A stretch of DNA of 64,000 bases from Vitrella brassicaformis CCMP3155 (Eukaryota; Protista; Chromerida). Of this stretch, positions 13,227 through 26,856 are shown one piece after another; the first letter of the stretch is position 1; each line of letters begins with the position of its first letter. Made by a program: the position numbers and the translations under genes. A model generated the notes under the pieces. That model was not told the DNA's origin, ran no database searches, and saw nothing but the letters and a program-made list of their open reading frames with translations. The stretch lies in contig CDMY01000553.1 in NCBI GenBank assembly GCA_001179505.1, positions 275,203 through 339,202 on the forward strand. Reading direction: 5' to 3'.

Positions 13227-15097
13227 ATGGCGGATTTGATGGCATCGGGTGAGGGAGGGCGGCGTCCCAGCACGTCCTCCCTGCTCTTGTTCGGATGCGC
13301 CGAGAGGATGGAGTGGGACAAGGTCAAGGACATGACAAGGAGGGAGAACGACCTTCTCCGCACCGCCGACAAGAACCGCGACGGATGGACGCTGGCGCAC
13401 TACGCTGCGGTCGGTAACCAAAGCAATGGACCCACGGTCAGGATGCGTGTGTTGCTCTCGTGACTGCGCTGCCTTTCTGTCTGCAGGTTCAGAACAATGT
13501 GTCGGCTTTGACGTGGCTGAAGGGCGAGGGCGCGCCCCTCCGGCAGCGGAGTCTGCAGAACCGCACGCCGCTGCACGAGGCCATGCGCATCCACCAGGGC
13601 CGCATTGAAGTCAGCCCCAAACGGGGATCGGGAGGCGCACGAGACCTTAAAGACGCCATAGAGTTTCTCCTGCAGAATGCGTGAGTGGCCCGGGGGATCG
13701 TTCGGCTGGGATGAATGTGTTGTGTTGTGTTGTGTTTGCCTGTGTGTGTGTGCAGGTACACAGCGGCTGAGCGTTTGTATTACGGTGAGGGGCTGACGGA
13801 GGGCGAAGAGGACGCGCAGCAGCGGGTGCAGACGATGGAAAGGGAATTCACCGCCCACCCCGACGGTAGGTACACCACACAGACGCACACACACTCACTC
13901 ACTCATGTCTGTGGTATGAGAGGGTGTGTGTGTTGGTTGTTTGACGTAGAGGTGAACAGCATGATAGAGGACCTGGAGCTGCCCTGGATCGTCTACTGCA
14001 CGCAGGAAAGGAGGCTCCCCGACCTCAAGTGAGTCACTGAATGAGTTACTTGCACACCATACAGACGACTCACCACCGCCGTCCATCCATCCATCCATCC
14101 CATCTGACCGTCGCAGGTGGTTGGTGGCTCACGGAGGCGACATCGCCCACCGCGACAACAGCGGCCACACCCTGCTGCACCTGCTCTTCTACGCTGAGGA
14201 AGACCTAGACACAGAACTGGTCAGCCACACGCACACACACACACATCGTCCCTCTTTCCTTCCCATTTCATTCATCTCATTCTCTCAGGATGACCTCATC
14301 CCAGAGAATGATGGAGACCACCAGCAGCAGCAGCAGCAGGGTGCTGGGGGTGATCCCGAGGCCCGCAAGGCGAGACGACACCAGCCAGACGCTGCTGAGG
14401 CAAGTGCGAGTGCAAGTGCGAGCGCAAGTGCGAGCGGCTCTGGTGGGAGGGAGGCGTCGAGCGGCATTGCCAGCCCGGGCGATGTGCTCGAGTTCCTTAT
14501 CGAAGCCACACAAGGGGAGCTGGTCTACGCACGGTGGGCAGCAGGGTGGATGGATGGACCAGCACAACCACGGACGGATGTGCATTCGCTGTTTGTGCAG
14601 GAACACTGACGGCGAGACGCCAGCCATGGTGTGTGCGGACAGAGTGCTCGATCCGTCCCTTGCCCTTGACCTCCTCAAGATACTGCACAAAGCCGGCGCC
14701 GACATGAAGGTAGGTGCACATGGCACACACACGACCCCTGCTAACTGCCCAGCCTCCACGCATAACTATTTTGTTATGTTATGCAGGCAGTGAGTGCGGA
14801 TGGCGTGACAGTGCCGATGCGGCTGGCGCAGTCGTTTGGCGACGGCCCGTGGCTGGAGTGGGCCTTCAAGCAGCCACCGGAGGGACCGGGGTGCGACAGA
14901 GAGGCGAAGGACTTCAAAGGTCGACCTAGCCTTCGCAGTACACACCACATGTGCACCATAGTTAGAGTGTGTGTGTGTGTGTGTGTGGGCGCCCAGGTAA
15001 CGATTTGTCGTATTATCTGGCTGTGTACGCGGAGAACGAGATGGACTCGCTCTCCAGCGGGGATGAAGATGAAGATGATGACGACGATGACATCTAA
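13227..15097 (+). CDS. Ankyrin-repeat protein with acidic C-terminus
   Basis: Ankyrin motifs DGWTLAHYAA, NRTPLHEA, DNSGHTLLHLL, DGETPAMVCA and DGVTVPM. Last exon GNDLSYYLAVYAENEMDSLSSGDEDEDDDDDDI ends at TAA 15095-15097. Confidence 0.8.
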
Positions 15098-15347
15098 ACC
15101 TGCCCGTTCACACACACAGACACACACAGGTTTGTGGCTGCGTGTCTGCGTGGGTGTCTTGTGCCTTATGTGTACTTATGTGTGTTGCTGCACGTCTGAC
15201 AATGGTTCGGACACACTCACACACGAAGCCTTAGTGCTCGTCAATCAAAGGTCTATTTGTTCGCTTCGGTCGAATGACCCGACCGACCCACATGTCAGTA
15301 GCCACATATATACCTCTAGGGTATCCCCCCTCCTGTGCATGGATCCA

Positions 15348-17084
15348 TCAAGCATTCCTGCCACCCCTCAGCCTCGCCCGAGCGATCTTGTGTGCAGTCA
15401 TAGCCAGCCTCCCCTTCCCCCTCCCTCCCCCACTCCCCCGCCCCCTCTGGTCTCTCTTCTGTCTCTCCCGCTCTCTCTGCCCATCCCAGTCGACCATCAA
15501 GGGGTCCACCGGGGCACTCATGCCGCTCTGGTATGGCCTCCTCGGCTTCCTCACGGCATGGGGGTTTGTCCAGAAGACGTCAGGGGGCGGCTGGTAGTCC
15601 ACACCAGTGTCCGCTATGTCCAGCTGCATCTGCATCTTGGCAGCCTCGAGAAGGCGTCGGACGTAGGCATACTTCTCGTCCTTGGCGCGGAGTGTCTGCC
15701 AGGTGAAGTAGGGGATGTGGACGACCTTGAAGCCGAGGCGGGTGAGCAGCCGGTGCTTGAGCTTGGAGAAGGACGTCCAGTGGTAGGAGTTCTTGTAGAA
15801 GTGGTGGGGGCCGTCCACCTCTATGATGATGCCGCCGTCACTCAGATCCTCCTCTGCAGCACTCACACACACACACACACACACACCATCCTGCCCCTCT
15901 CCTCCTCCTCTCCCCTTCTGCGCACTGCATGCCCTCACCCCATGTGTGCTTCATGCTGTTTGCAGTGTGCTCCATCGGCCGTGCATATGGCCCCTCGGGC
16001 AGCTCGTCGGGAGGGTGTGGGTCCACACCGATGTCCTTCAGGGCCTCCTGCTCCTCGTGTGGCGTCATCGCACGCACAAAGTCCAACGTGTAGGGGCCCA
16101 GAGATATCTGACGGACGGGAAGACACATGGCAGGGTGTGTCGATGTGTGTGTGGGAGCGGGGGGGGGGGGGGGGGGGGGGGGGNNNNNNNNNNNNNNNNN
16201 NNNNNNNNNNNNNNNNNNNNNNNNNNNNNNNNNNNNNNNNNNNNNNNNNNNNNNNNNNNNNNNNNNNNNNNNNNNNNNNNNNNNNNNNNNNNNNNNNNNN
16301 NNNNNNNNNNNNNNNNNNNNNNNNNNNNNNNNNNNNNNNNNNNNNNNNNNNNNNNNNNNNNNNNNNNNNNNNNNNNNNNNNNNNNNNNNNNNNNNNNNNN
16401 NNNNNNNNNNNNNNNNNNNNNNNNNNNNNNNNNNNNNNNNNNNNNNNNNNNNNNNNNNNNNNNNNNNNNNNNNNNNNNNNNNNGGGGGGGGAGGGGGGCG
16501 CTGACTCCCTCACACACCTCGTGGTAGTGGTGGTAGTGGAGTCCCGCGGCGATGCGCCCGACCTCACGCTGGAGGGCGGATGTGATGCGCTCCTCGGGAG
16601 GCGTCTGCATGCGCACACACACACACACAAGCGGCCGTAGATGCCTTGTGATCGGAACACTGTGGTGTGTGCTGACCTTGGCCGTCCTCCATCTAATGAG
16701 GGTCTCGAGCAGCCCGTCGGGCAGATCGCCATACTCCAACGGCAAATGACCCACCCTGAATCAATCACGAAGGAAGCCAATTCACGCACGCAGGTGCAGG
16801 TGGGGATTCCTTACCTCGCTGCCATCTCGAAGACCTTGAGCTGCGTCAGGGCCACGTGGTCAAGACGGTTCTCGCGATGCACCAGCTGCACACACGACAA
16901 ACACACAACAGGGCAGGGGCATCAACTGGTCAGCGTAGATAGATAGCAGCAGTGTTTTGGGTGACCTGTTTGGTGAGCTGCATGTAGAGGTCAGGCTGGC
17001 CGAGGGAGAAGTACGTCAGGGCGAACAGCAGATTGATGAGCGTCTTGGTGCGACACGATTGCCACACACCAACTGCACACACAG

Positions 17085-17119
<35 letters not shown>

Positions 17120-18862
17120 CCAAGAAACACCAGACAGATAGCAGTGGAGAACCCGCCCAACAGGCAAGGCACGCCCTTTTGCCTCACTCACCAGGCACGC
17201 TCTCCACCGTGTTCATGAGCATGGCCACCACCCTCTCCTCCCACACATCCAGCCGACACATCTCATACAACACCTGTACGCTCTCACCGACCGCATCGCC
17301 ACTCGGCTCATGCTGCAGAGACCCCTCGAGCAGCCCCAGCAGCGGCCGCAGCACATCCGTCGGGCGGATGCGAAGCCGTCCGAAGGCCTGAAGCAGCTGC
17401 AGACACCGGGCAGTGGACAAGTGGGAGGCGGCCAGCCTGCCGCCAGACAGAGACAAAAGGGTCGGCCGGTGGGGTGACTGATGGTGGCTCTCTCTGGGCT
17501 GATTTACTTGTGGGGGAGCAGTTCGATGGCTGCCTGAATGATGTCGTCGTGGTGTATCTCCGCCGCGCCGAAGTGGTGCACCATTTCGATCATCTCATCG
17601 GCACTCAAGTCCTGCACATACTGCGTCACCTCGCACACAAAGGAACGATAGATACCATGTCTGCTCTCCTTCCCGCCATATATCACCGGCACGCGCCTAC
17701 GTAGAGCATTCTTCTGCCAACGGCCTTGAAGAGCATGTGGAAGCTCTGCTTGAGAGTGGCGTAGCTCCCCAGGACGTCGATCCAATCTCCCCCTCTCAGC
17801 CGATCCGACTCCGGCACACGCACCCTCGTCTTGCCCTGGTGGCTCTCGTCGTCACTGCTGCTGTCGGGCGGAGCGCCCTCCAAGTACGGCTGCAGCTGGT
17901 TGCCTAAATGAACCGCATCCACAGAGATTGGTTCTGCCAGTGTTGTGTGTGCATGTGTGTGTCTTGACCGACCAATGACAGTGAGTAGGGGTCCGTGTGC
18001 GAACTGCAGGGCCGCCAGGTCCCTGAGTATCTGTACAATGGCCCTGGCGGGCAGCACGGAAAGGGTCGGCTTGTGAGCCAGGTTGTGACACAGGCCGCGT
18101 AGACACGCATCGATCCGATAGTCTGATAAACAAGTAACCACACACACAGACAGACAGGGAGAGAGAGATGCGGATTCACCTCTGCCTGCCTGCCTGCCTG
18201 CCTGAGTGCCTGCCTGCCTGCCCTTCTGCTCGCTCACTTTCTTTTGTATCGACATTGAACATGGCCATCGTGCGCAGGGCCCGAATAAGGTCGTCGGCCT
18301 TCATCCGGTGCCGCTTGCACCACTCCGTCACCTTGACAGCATACGCCTCCACAAACGCCCCATGCACATAAGGCAGACTCGCCAGCGCCTCAGCCGCGTC
18401 AACCAGGCTCTTGGGCGAGGTGAAGTGGTACAGACGCGCTATCATGTGCTCCGTCACATACGACACGAAGTCGATGGTGCCGCCTTTTCTGGCCGGCAGC
18501 GTCATGACCTGGCTGTGTGCGGGGCTGGGAGGGTACTTGTGGTAGGCTGCAATGACCACGAGGTAGTCGGACGGATGGAAGGCCGGCATGTGGGAGAGAA
18601 TGAAGGGCACGAAGTCGACAGGGGCGGTGTTTGCCGCTTTGCCACCCGGATCTTCTGCACCCATCTCTCGCTCAACGAGGAACTTCCTGAGCCGCTCGAT
18701 GACTGATCGTGGCGTCATTTCACTCATCGCCGCCTCAGTTGCCAGCCTCTCCTTCTGCGCCTGTGACACCACACGCATCTTCTTTGGTGCTGCTGCAGCA
18801 GTTGAGAGCCGCCTCGATGCATGGCGAAGCGGCAGATGAGCGGTTGAAAGCCACGAGTCCAT
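15348..18862 (-). CDS. RAP-domain (RNA-binding, FASTK/OPR-like) protein with putative mitochondrial presequence; spans a gap
   Basis: C-terminal IIIEVDGPHHFYKNSYHWTSFSKLKHRLLTRLGFKVVHIPYFTW is a RAP signature, preceded by helical repeats. N-terminus MDSWLSTAHLPLRHASRRLSTAAAAPKK is Arg/Ser/Ala-rich. Confidence 0.85.
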
Positions 18863-19187
18863 TCCGTGAGGCGGGTCAGTCGGAGCGGCCGAAACAGCAG
18901 CTGATGGACGTCGTGCTCACGAAATCTCTACAGATCTCATGCTGATGGATGTTGGCGCTTCTGATCTTCACCGAAACAGTTTGAGTCTGTCCACCATAAT
19001 TCGTTTCACAGGCACGCTACACTAACGCAAATGAACAGTCAAGCTGCAGCTTGCAGCCGTAACGCATGGAGCGGCAACGGAAGAGAGCGGCCACGCCAGA
19101 GGCGAGCAGCCGGGTGAAGTTGTCACAACTTGCCTCACCTACCTGCAGATCTTCGCGTCCTTTCTCTTCTTCGACACGAAAGGAACG

Positions 19188-19979
19188 ATGACGGCCCGTG
19201 TGCTCGGTGCTGTTCTGCTTGTCGCTCTCGCTGGCGTCGCCACCTGCGACTTCGTCCGCAAACTTGCACCTCGTGAGTGGCAAGCCAATCACATGGAGTG
19301 ACTCATGGGTCTTTGCTTATGGGCTCCGTGTCTGCTTGTCGTGGTGCGTGTCTGTGCCTTCACCCATGGCTGCAGGTGATGAGCCTGCATCGGTCTGCCC
19401 AGATCCCGTGTATCGTACCACAATCCTCGACGTGAAGAACCTCAACCTCAATGACATCTTCGAGAGTACGGCAAACAGTGTCGTCAACGCCACCCTCCCT
19501 GCGGGCAAGTGGAAGCCAAAGGTACGCACTCACATATACGCACACGGCCGTGTGTCCGTGCATGGCCGGCGGGATGCACACGACGCATGTTGAATCGAGT
19601 CAGTCGAGCGTCTGTGTCGTGTGTCATAACGTCTCAGGGTGAGGTCGCACAGACGAGGGGTCCGTCGTCCTGCAGGCGTTCTCGCGATGACGATGATAAC
19701 GATGATAATGATGACGATGATGATAATGACGATAATGGTGGTGGGATCATAGGGGATCCCATTATGGTGAATTGCTTCGGATGGTAGGCGCTTGGTCGAC
19801 CCGGGCTGTTGAGATGCCCGCCTTCAATTCGACGCACATCCACATGCTGTGTGTGACATGGCCTGCTCTCCTCTTTCAGTTGGTGCTATGACGAAGCCAA
19901 TTGGCTGTGTGTCGAGCCGTGCATCGAGGTCGAGGGTCCCAGAATTTCGTGCACAGTGCGCTGGTGCACCCCAAAATGA
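19188..19979 (+). CDS. Small secreted protein (~158 aa) with Asp/Asn tract and Cys/Trp-rich C-terminal domain
   Basis: Four exons join in frame through GT-AG introns: MTARVLGAVLLVALAGVATCDFVRKLAP|RDEPASVCPDPVY..KWKPK|GEVAQTRGPSSCRRSRDDDDNDD..VNCFG|CWCYDEANWLCVEPCIEVEGPRISCTVRWCTPK*. The ORF track misses it. Confidence 0.65.
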
Positions 19980-21110
19980 TTCTGAATGCACGCAATTCCG
20001 AGTACAGATGGATGAGGCCGCTGGGGGTCATGTACGGTCAGTTTTTCGGTGCATACGGTGTGTGTTGTCGTGCAGTCATATGTGCGTCCTTGCCTGTCTT
20101 CCTGACTGTCACTCATGCCGTGAATGCTGGTGCTATTCTTCAAGTGGAGATCGGCCGACTGACGAGGGTATTTTTCGTCGCATCGAAGGAGTGCCCTGTG
20201 TGTTGTGTTTCGTCATGTGTGTGGTGCGGATGCCTGTCAGCGACTCGGCCCATGTCAGTCACTGTAACTGAGTGCCTCAGTGGCTGGCTGACCGACTGTC
20301 CTTGGTGTGCATCATGCAGACGGTAGGTAGATATCCATCTGTCTATATCTCGAACGAGTAGGTCTGATGCACACATGACAATGATGACATGTGCGGCAGG
20401 CATCTAGGTATCGAAATTAGAGATGTCTTGTGCGGGGCGGGATGGACTGACCGTGGGTGGGTGGGGCGCTGCTGCACCTGATTGAGCAGCCACGTAGACG
20501 TGTGTGAGGGGGACAGAGACACAGAGATGGTTGGTTGCGTCGGACAAGCGAATGAGACCAGTCGTAAGATTGACGGAAGTCAATCGTCACGTCAGCCATC
20601 CATGCGCGCGTGATCTCTTTTGCGTGAAAATCGAGTGCCACAGCCGACCGACCCGACCTTGTTTTCTCGCTTTGCTTCTTGGCCGTGGAGGCCCGGTACT
20701 GACTGTTAATCCACACGCCCGACGGCGACTCTCGCACAGAAAATTCACTCAGTCACGAAGGCTGTTGTCTCACGGATGGGCATACACTGTGTATCCCCCA
20801 CCACCAACACGAAGGAGCAGGTGAGCCACACACATCTGACCGGTCCCTCGTGCAGACAGACGGTGGATGGGTACACGTAGTCTGTACGCAGCATCACCGG
20901 CCCACGATTGCAACACACGAGGAGCAGCCAGCCAGCCAGCAGCAACCGAACCGCACCGACCCCATGAGGGCAGCAAACAGCCCACGCACCGCACACCAGA
21001 ACCACCGCCAACACACAAGGAGGCAGGGAGGCATACAGGCAGCCCGACAAAGGTGGGCAGCCATGCAGCCAGCCAGCCGGCCAGCCACTCATCCGTGTTG
21101 GCGGATCAGA

Positions 21111-21640
21111 TCACTCGTCGCGCTGTGCCTTCTCCTCCTGTGACTTCTTGAGTTCGTCCTGCTTCTTGGCCTTCTTCTCCTTGGCTGCGGCGGCCTTGGC
21201 CTTGCGGGCGGCCTGCTGCTCCTCCAACAACTTGGCCTTGGCCTTCTCGTTCTTGGCCTGCATTCAAAGATGACCACACACAGATCAGGGTCGTGCTTGT
21301 GGTTGTGGGCATGGTGTGTGGCGTGCGGTGGTTCTCAGTCAGTCGGTCACGCACCTTGTGGATGGCCTCGATGAGCACCCGCTTGTTCTTGAACTGGTTA
21401 CCCTTCGACGCGGCGTAAAAATGGCGGTAGCTGAAACATAACAGTCACACAAGACACAACAAGACACAGGAATGGTGTGTGAGTCTTGTTCTGTGGGCAA
21501 GCACGATGACTGACGTACATGTGCTTGTCGATTTTCTTGGCGTCGCGGTACTTGCGGAGGAGCCGGCGGAGCACGCGCTGGCGTCGCATCCACAAGACCT
21601 TCTGGGGCATTCGGGCGTCGCGAGTACCCTCACGCTTGCC

Positions 21641-21678
<38 letters not shown>

Positions 21679-22413
21679 ACCAGATGGACACACACGGCAG
21701 ACGGTGTGCACATTGTGTGAGTGAGAGTGTGTGTGTGTGTCATAGGCACCGGTGCCGGTGTGTCGTCCCTTGCGCTTGGCCTCGTGGAGGCGTCGCACGC
21801 GGGCGCGCGAGTGCATAGCCACGGGCTTGCGGATGATCAAACCATCCTCCTTCAACTTGCGGATGTTGAAACCTGTGCCGTGCCAGCACACAACACATGC
21901 ACAAGGTGCACAAACGACGTGTATTGTGTGCACCTCTGTCTGTTTGCTGCCTCTGAAACCCTCCCTCCCTCCCCCCCTGCAGTTACTTACGTGAGTTGGC
22001 CATGGAGATTTCATTGGTCTCGTTGGGGTCGAGCCAAATGCGGCCCTTGCCGCACTTCAGCACCGACGCCGCCAACCGCTTCTGAAGACGGAGCGACTGA
22101 TGACACACACACGCACACACACACGGACGCACACACACCACACAAAACACCACAAGGCAGGACACAGTGAGACGTTCTCGTGCTGCAGCCGGTTCCACTA
22201 CCCCTGCCTCCCGCCTGGCTGTGGCTGTGGCTGTGGACGGCTGACACTGTGCTCCTGCTCCTTCCTCCTGACTCTCTGGCTGGCTGCATCTGGCCTCTGC
22301 CTGCCTCACTGACGCCCTCCCGTGCACCCACAGCCTCACACGCGCCGTGTGGCCCTGTCTGTCTGCTTCTTGCCAGATGACCCTTCCCTCATGTATCTGT
22401 GGCGGCTTACCAT
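21111..22413 (-). CDS. RPL19: 60S ribosomal protein L19 (eL19)
   Basis: M|[114 protein letters not shown]. First exon is ATG only. Confidence 0.97.
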
Positions 22414-22598
22414 CTTGGCGATGCCCTGCTTCTCCTTCTCGGCGCTGCGGAAACGGTGCGAGCTCAACAAAGAGGAAATATAAGCTCGCAGACAACCGCT
22501 CCGCCCTTTCCCTCTCTTTTTGCAGCCTCTCTCTGTCCTGCTTTGCAGCCGCAACTGCATCTTTCCTGCGCTGCTGTCTGTCGCGTGATCACATCGTC
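22414..22598. promoter_or_regulatory. Probable bidirectional promoter between RPL19 and TPI
   Basis: Divergent ATGs at 22413 (-) and 22599 (+) are 185 bp apart, with pyrimidine-rich tracts on both strands. Confidence 0.6.
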
Positions 22599-24238
<1,640 letters not shown>

Positions 24239-25489
24239 AGAGGAGATTGACATAGATCGCTGACACGGCAGAAAGAGGACAGGATTCGATTCATTTCTCG
24301 ACCCATCTCACCTCACCCGTCAGTCAGTCACCCCTCCACAGTTTTCGTCGTATGATTCCATCGTAGCAAGCACCGTTGGCACATATGAGATACACCGCCC
24401 CATGTGTGTGGCTGGCTGTCGGCTGCCCGACTCACTGACTCACTCACTGACTCACTGACTGACCGCTCTACATATCTATCACGATCGATGTGATGGCATG
24501 GCTGCCTCAGGACGTCAGGGAGGGGCAGACAGGACAGGAGGCCACAGAACGGAGAGAGAGGGGCGAGAAGGGTGGACGGTGCGGTGCGCTGTGTTGTGTC
24601 GTTTGGTGTTCCATGTTTGACAGATGGGATGGAATGGCATGCTGCACGGCCGCTGAGTTTTGTTGTCTGTCTGTGAGTGGGTGTTGCCTGATTGATTGAA
24701 TGCCCCCGTCTGTCACGTCACGTCACGTCGTGTGGCAGATTTTTCTTCTCGTTGTGGTGGAGTGTGGTGTGGTGTGGTCGATTGCATTGCACCAGCTGGT
24801 GGCAGCCAGAGATATGCAGATGGGACGTCAGTCACGTCGGGCGATATGTGCGATGATCGATGCACTGAGTGAGTGAGTGAGACATCTCGATGATGGGTGA
24901 AGGAATGACTGATCAATGAAGGGCGTACCGACCCATAACCGACCATACACACACACTGCAGTCAGTCACACTCATGCGCACACCACACCACACCAAACTA
25001 CACCAGGCCGCCGAAAACTACAGGGTGTTCGTTCAGGTGCACATTTTGGGCGTTTCAAAGAAGGCAGGCGAAACTTTGGCTCTGTGGATGTGTGTCAGGG
25101 TTGCGTGGCTGAATGAATGAAGGACTGTCACTCTTAACAACGGGCAGCCGGTCAGTCGAGTATCCAACACTCACAATCATCATGTCGCAGCTCACACACG
25201 CTCCTGCCAATTACAGGAACGGCAAGAGTGCAATCAATCAACCTAGGATGGGGTGGCTCACATGGCCACACACCAACGACTCTCACACAGCCATGTCATG
25301 TCCCACACACGCACCAGGCAATCACGTAGAGAAGAAGACACTCGCGCGCACACACATCCACGTGGTCAACGTACCTCCCTAAGGAACCCTTCTCCCCCCC
25401 AATCTGCCTCAGACGTAAAAAATGCCAGCAGTCTCATATCCTTCAGACGGCCCCACCTCTCTCCCTCCCCCTCCCTCCCTCTGTCTCCC

Positions 25490-26350
25490 TTACTCCCTCT
25501 GCCACTCACTGGGCGGCCGTCTCTCCCTTGTGTTGGTATCTATAATGCTTCGCCTCCATCGCCCGGCGATGTCCAATGGCGGCCTGCTTGGCACCCTCAT
25601 AGCCCAACTCAGCGATTGAGAAGGGCTTCGTCTTCTCTTTGCCGCTCTCCTGCCGGCCTTCCAGCAATTCTTCCTTTTGTCGTGAAAGACGCCCTTGACG
25701 CCGCTCCGGTGCTTTGATAGCTTCCTCACCGACGCACAGCCAGCGCTCTCCATCTCACGACGGTGCTGCTCGGCCAACGCCTGACGGACGGATGCACAAG
25801 AGAGAGACTCAGGGGGAGAGGGAACGGGCGGCGTTGTGCGCACCTTGGCTGTGTCGAAGCCATGGTCTCTGACGGAGAAGTACTTGATCTTCTCCTTCGA
25901 GCCGCCCTTTTCGCACCACGATGCCATCCAGGCCTGGTTCTTCTCATGCCAGCGAACACCCGCCACGTTAGACTGATGCTCTGCAGTTGGTACCACACAT
26001 AATCAATCGGTTGCAGCGGTGTGTTGGATTTGCCTCTTGGTCTCCTCACCGGATTTGGTGATGACGGTCTTCCCCTTGCTGCCGGCCTTGCTGTCGGTGT
26101 CGGCGGCCCACTGGGGGCCAGACATACAGATGGACGACCACACATCACCGGCGGACACCGACGCACCATCCCTCTTGGCCGCCTTGGGCCTCCGGCGTGG
26201 CTGGGGAGACGGTGAGCGGCTGCCGTCATCATGATCATTATGGCTCTCACTTCCACCCTGATCAGACTGGCGGGCGGCCCAAGCCACGATGCTCCTCTGC
26301 CGGGCACGTCGGTCCAGTGTCGCGTCTCCTTCTCGACTCATACGGGGGCG
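25490..26350 (-). pseudogene. Partial duplicate of the 3' half of the ApiAP2 gene, frameshifted in its last AP2 domain
   Basis: Homologous to ~26857-27700. TGG AAG GCC GG CAG GAG lacks 4 nt relative to TGG ACA GCC AGC TGG CAT GAG of the intact copy. Downstream 25312-25610 is near-identical to 26651-26970. The 5' part runs into a gap. Confidence 0.65.
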
Positions 26351-26856
26351 NNNNNNNNNNNNNNNNNNNNNNNNNNNNNNNNNNNNNNNNNNNNNNNNNN
26401 NNNNNNNNNNNNNNNNNNNNNNNNNNNNNNNNNNNNNNNNNNNNNNNNNNNNNNNNNNNNNNNNNNNNNNNNNNNNNNNNNNNNNNNNNNNNNNNNNNNN
26501 NNNNNNNNNNNNNNNNNNNNNNNNNNNNNNNNNNNNNNNNNNNNNNNNNNNNNNNNNNNNNNNNNNNNNNNNNNNNNNNNNNNNNNNNNNNNNNNNNNNN
26601 NNNNNNNNNNNNNNNNNNNNNNNNNNNNNNNNNNNNNNNNNNNNNNNNNNGTCCCACACACGCACCAGGCAATCACGTAGAGAAGAAGACACTCGCGCGC
26701 ACACACATCCACGTGGTCAACGTACCTCCCTAAGGAACCCTTCTCCCCCCCAATCTGCCTCAGACGTAAAAAATGCCAGCAGTCTCATATCCTTCAGACG
26801 GCCCCACCTCTCTCCCTCCCCCTCCCTCCCTCTGTCTCCCTTACTCCCTCTGCCAC

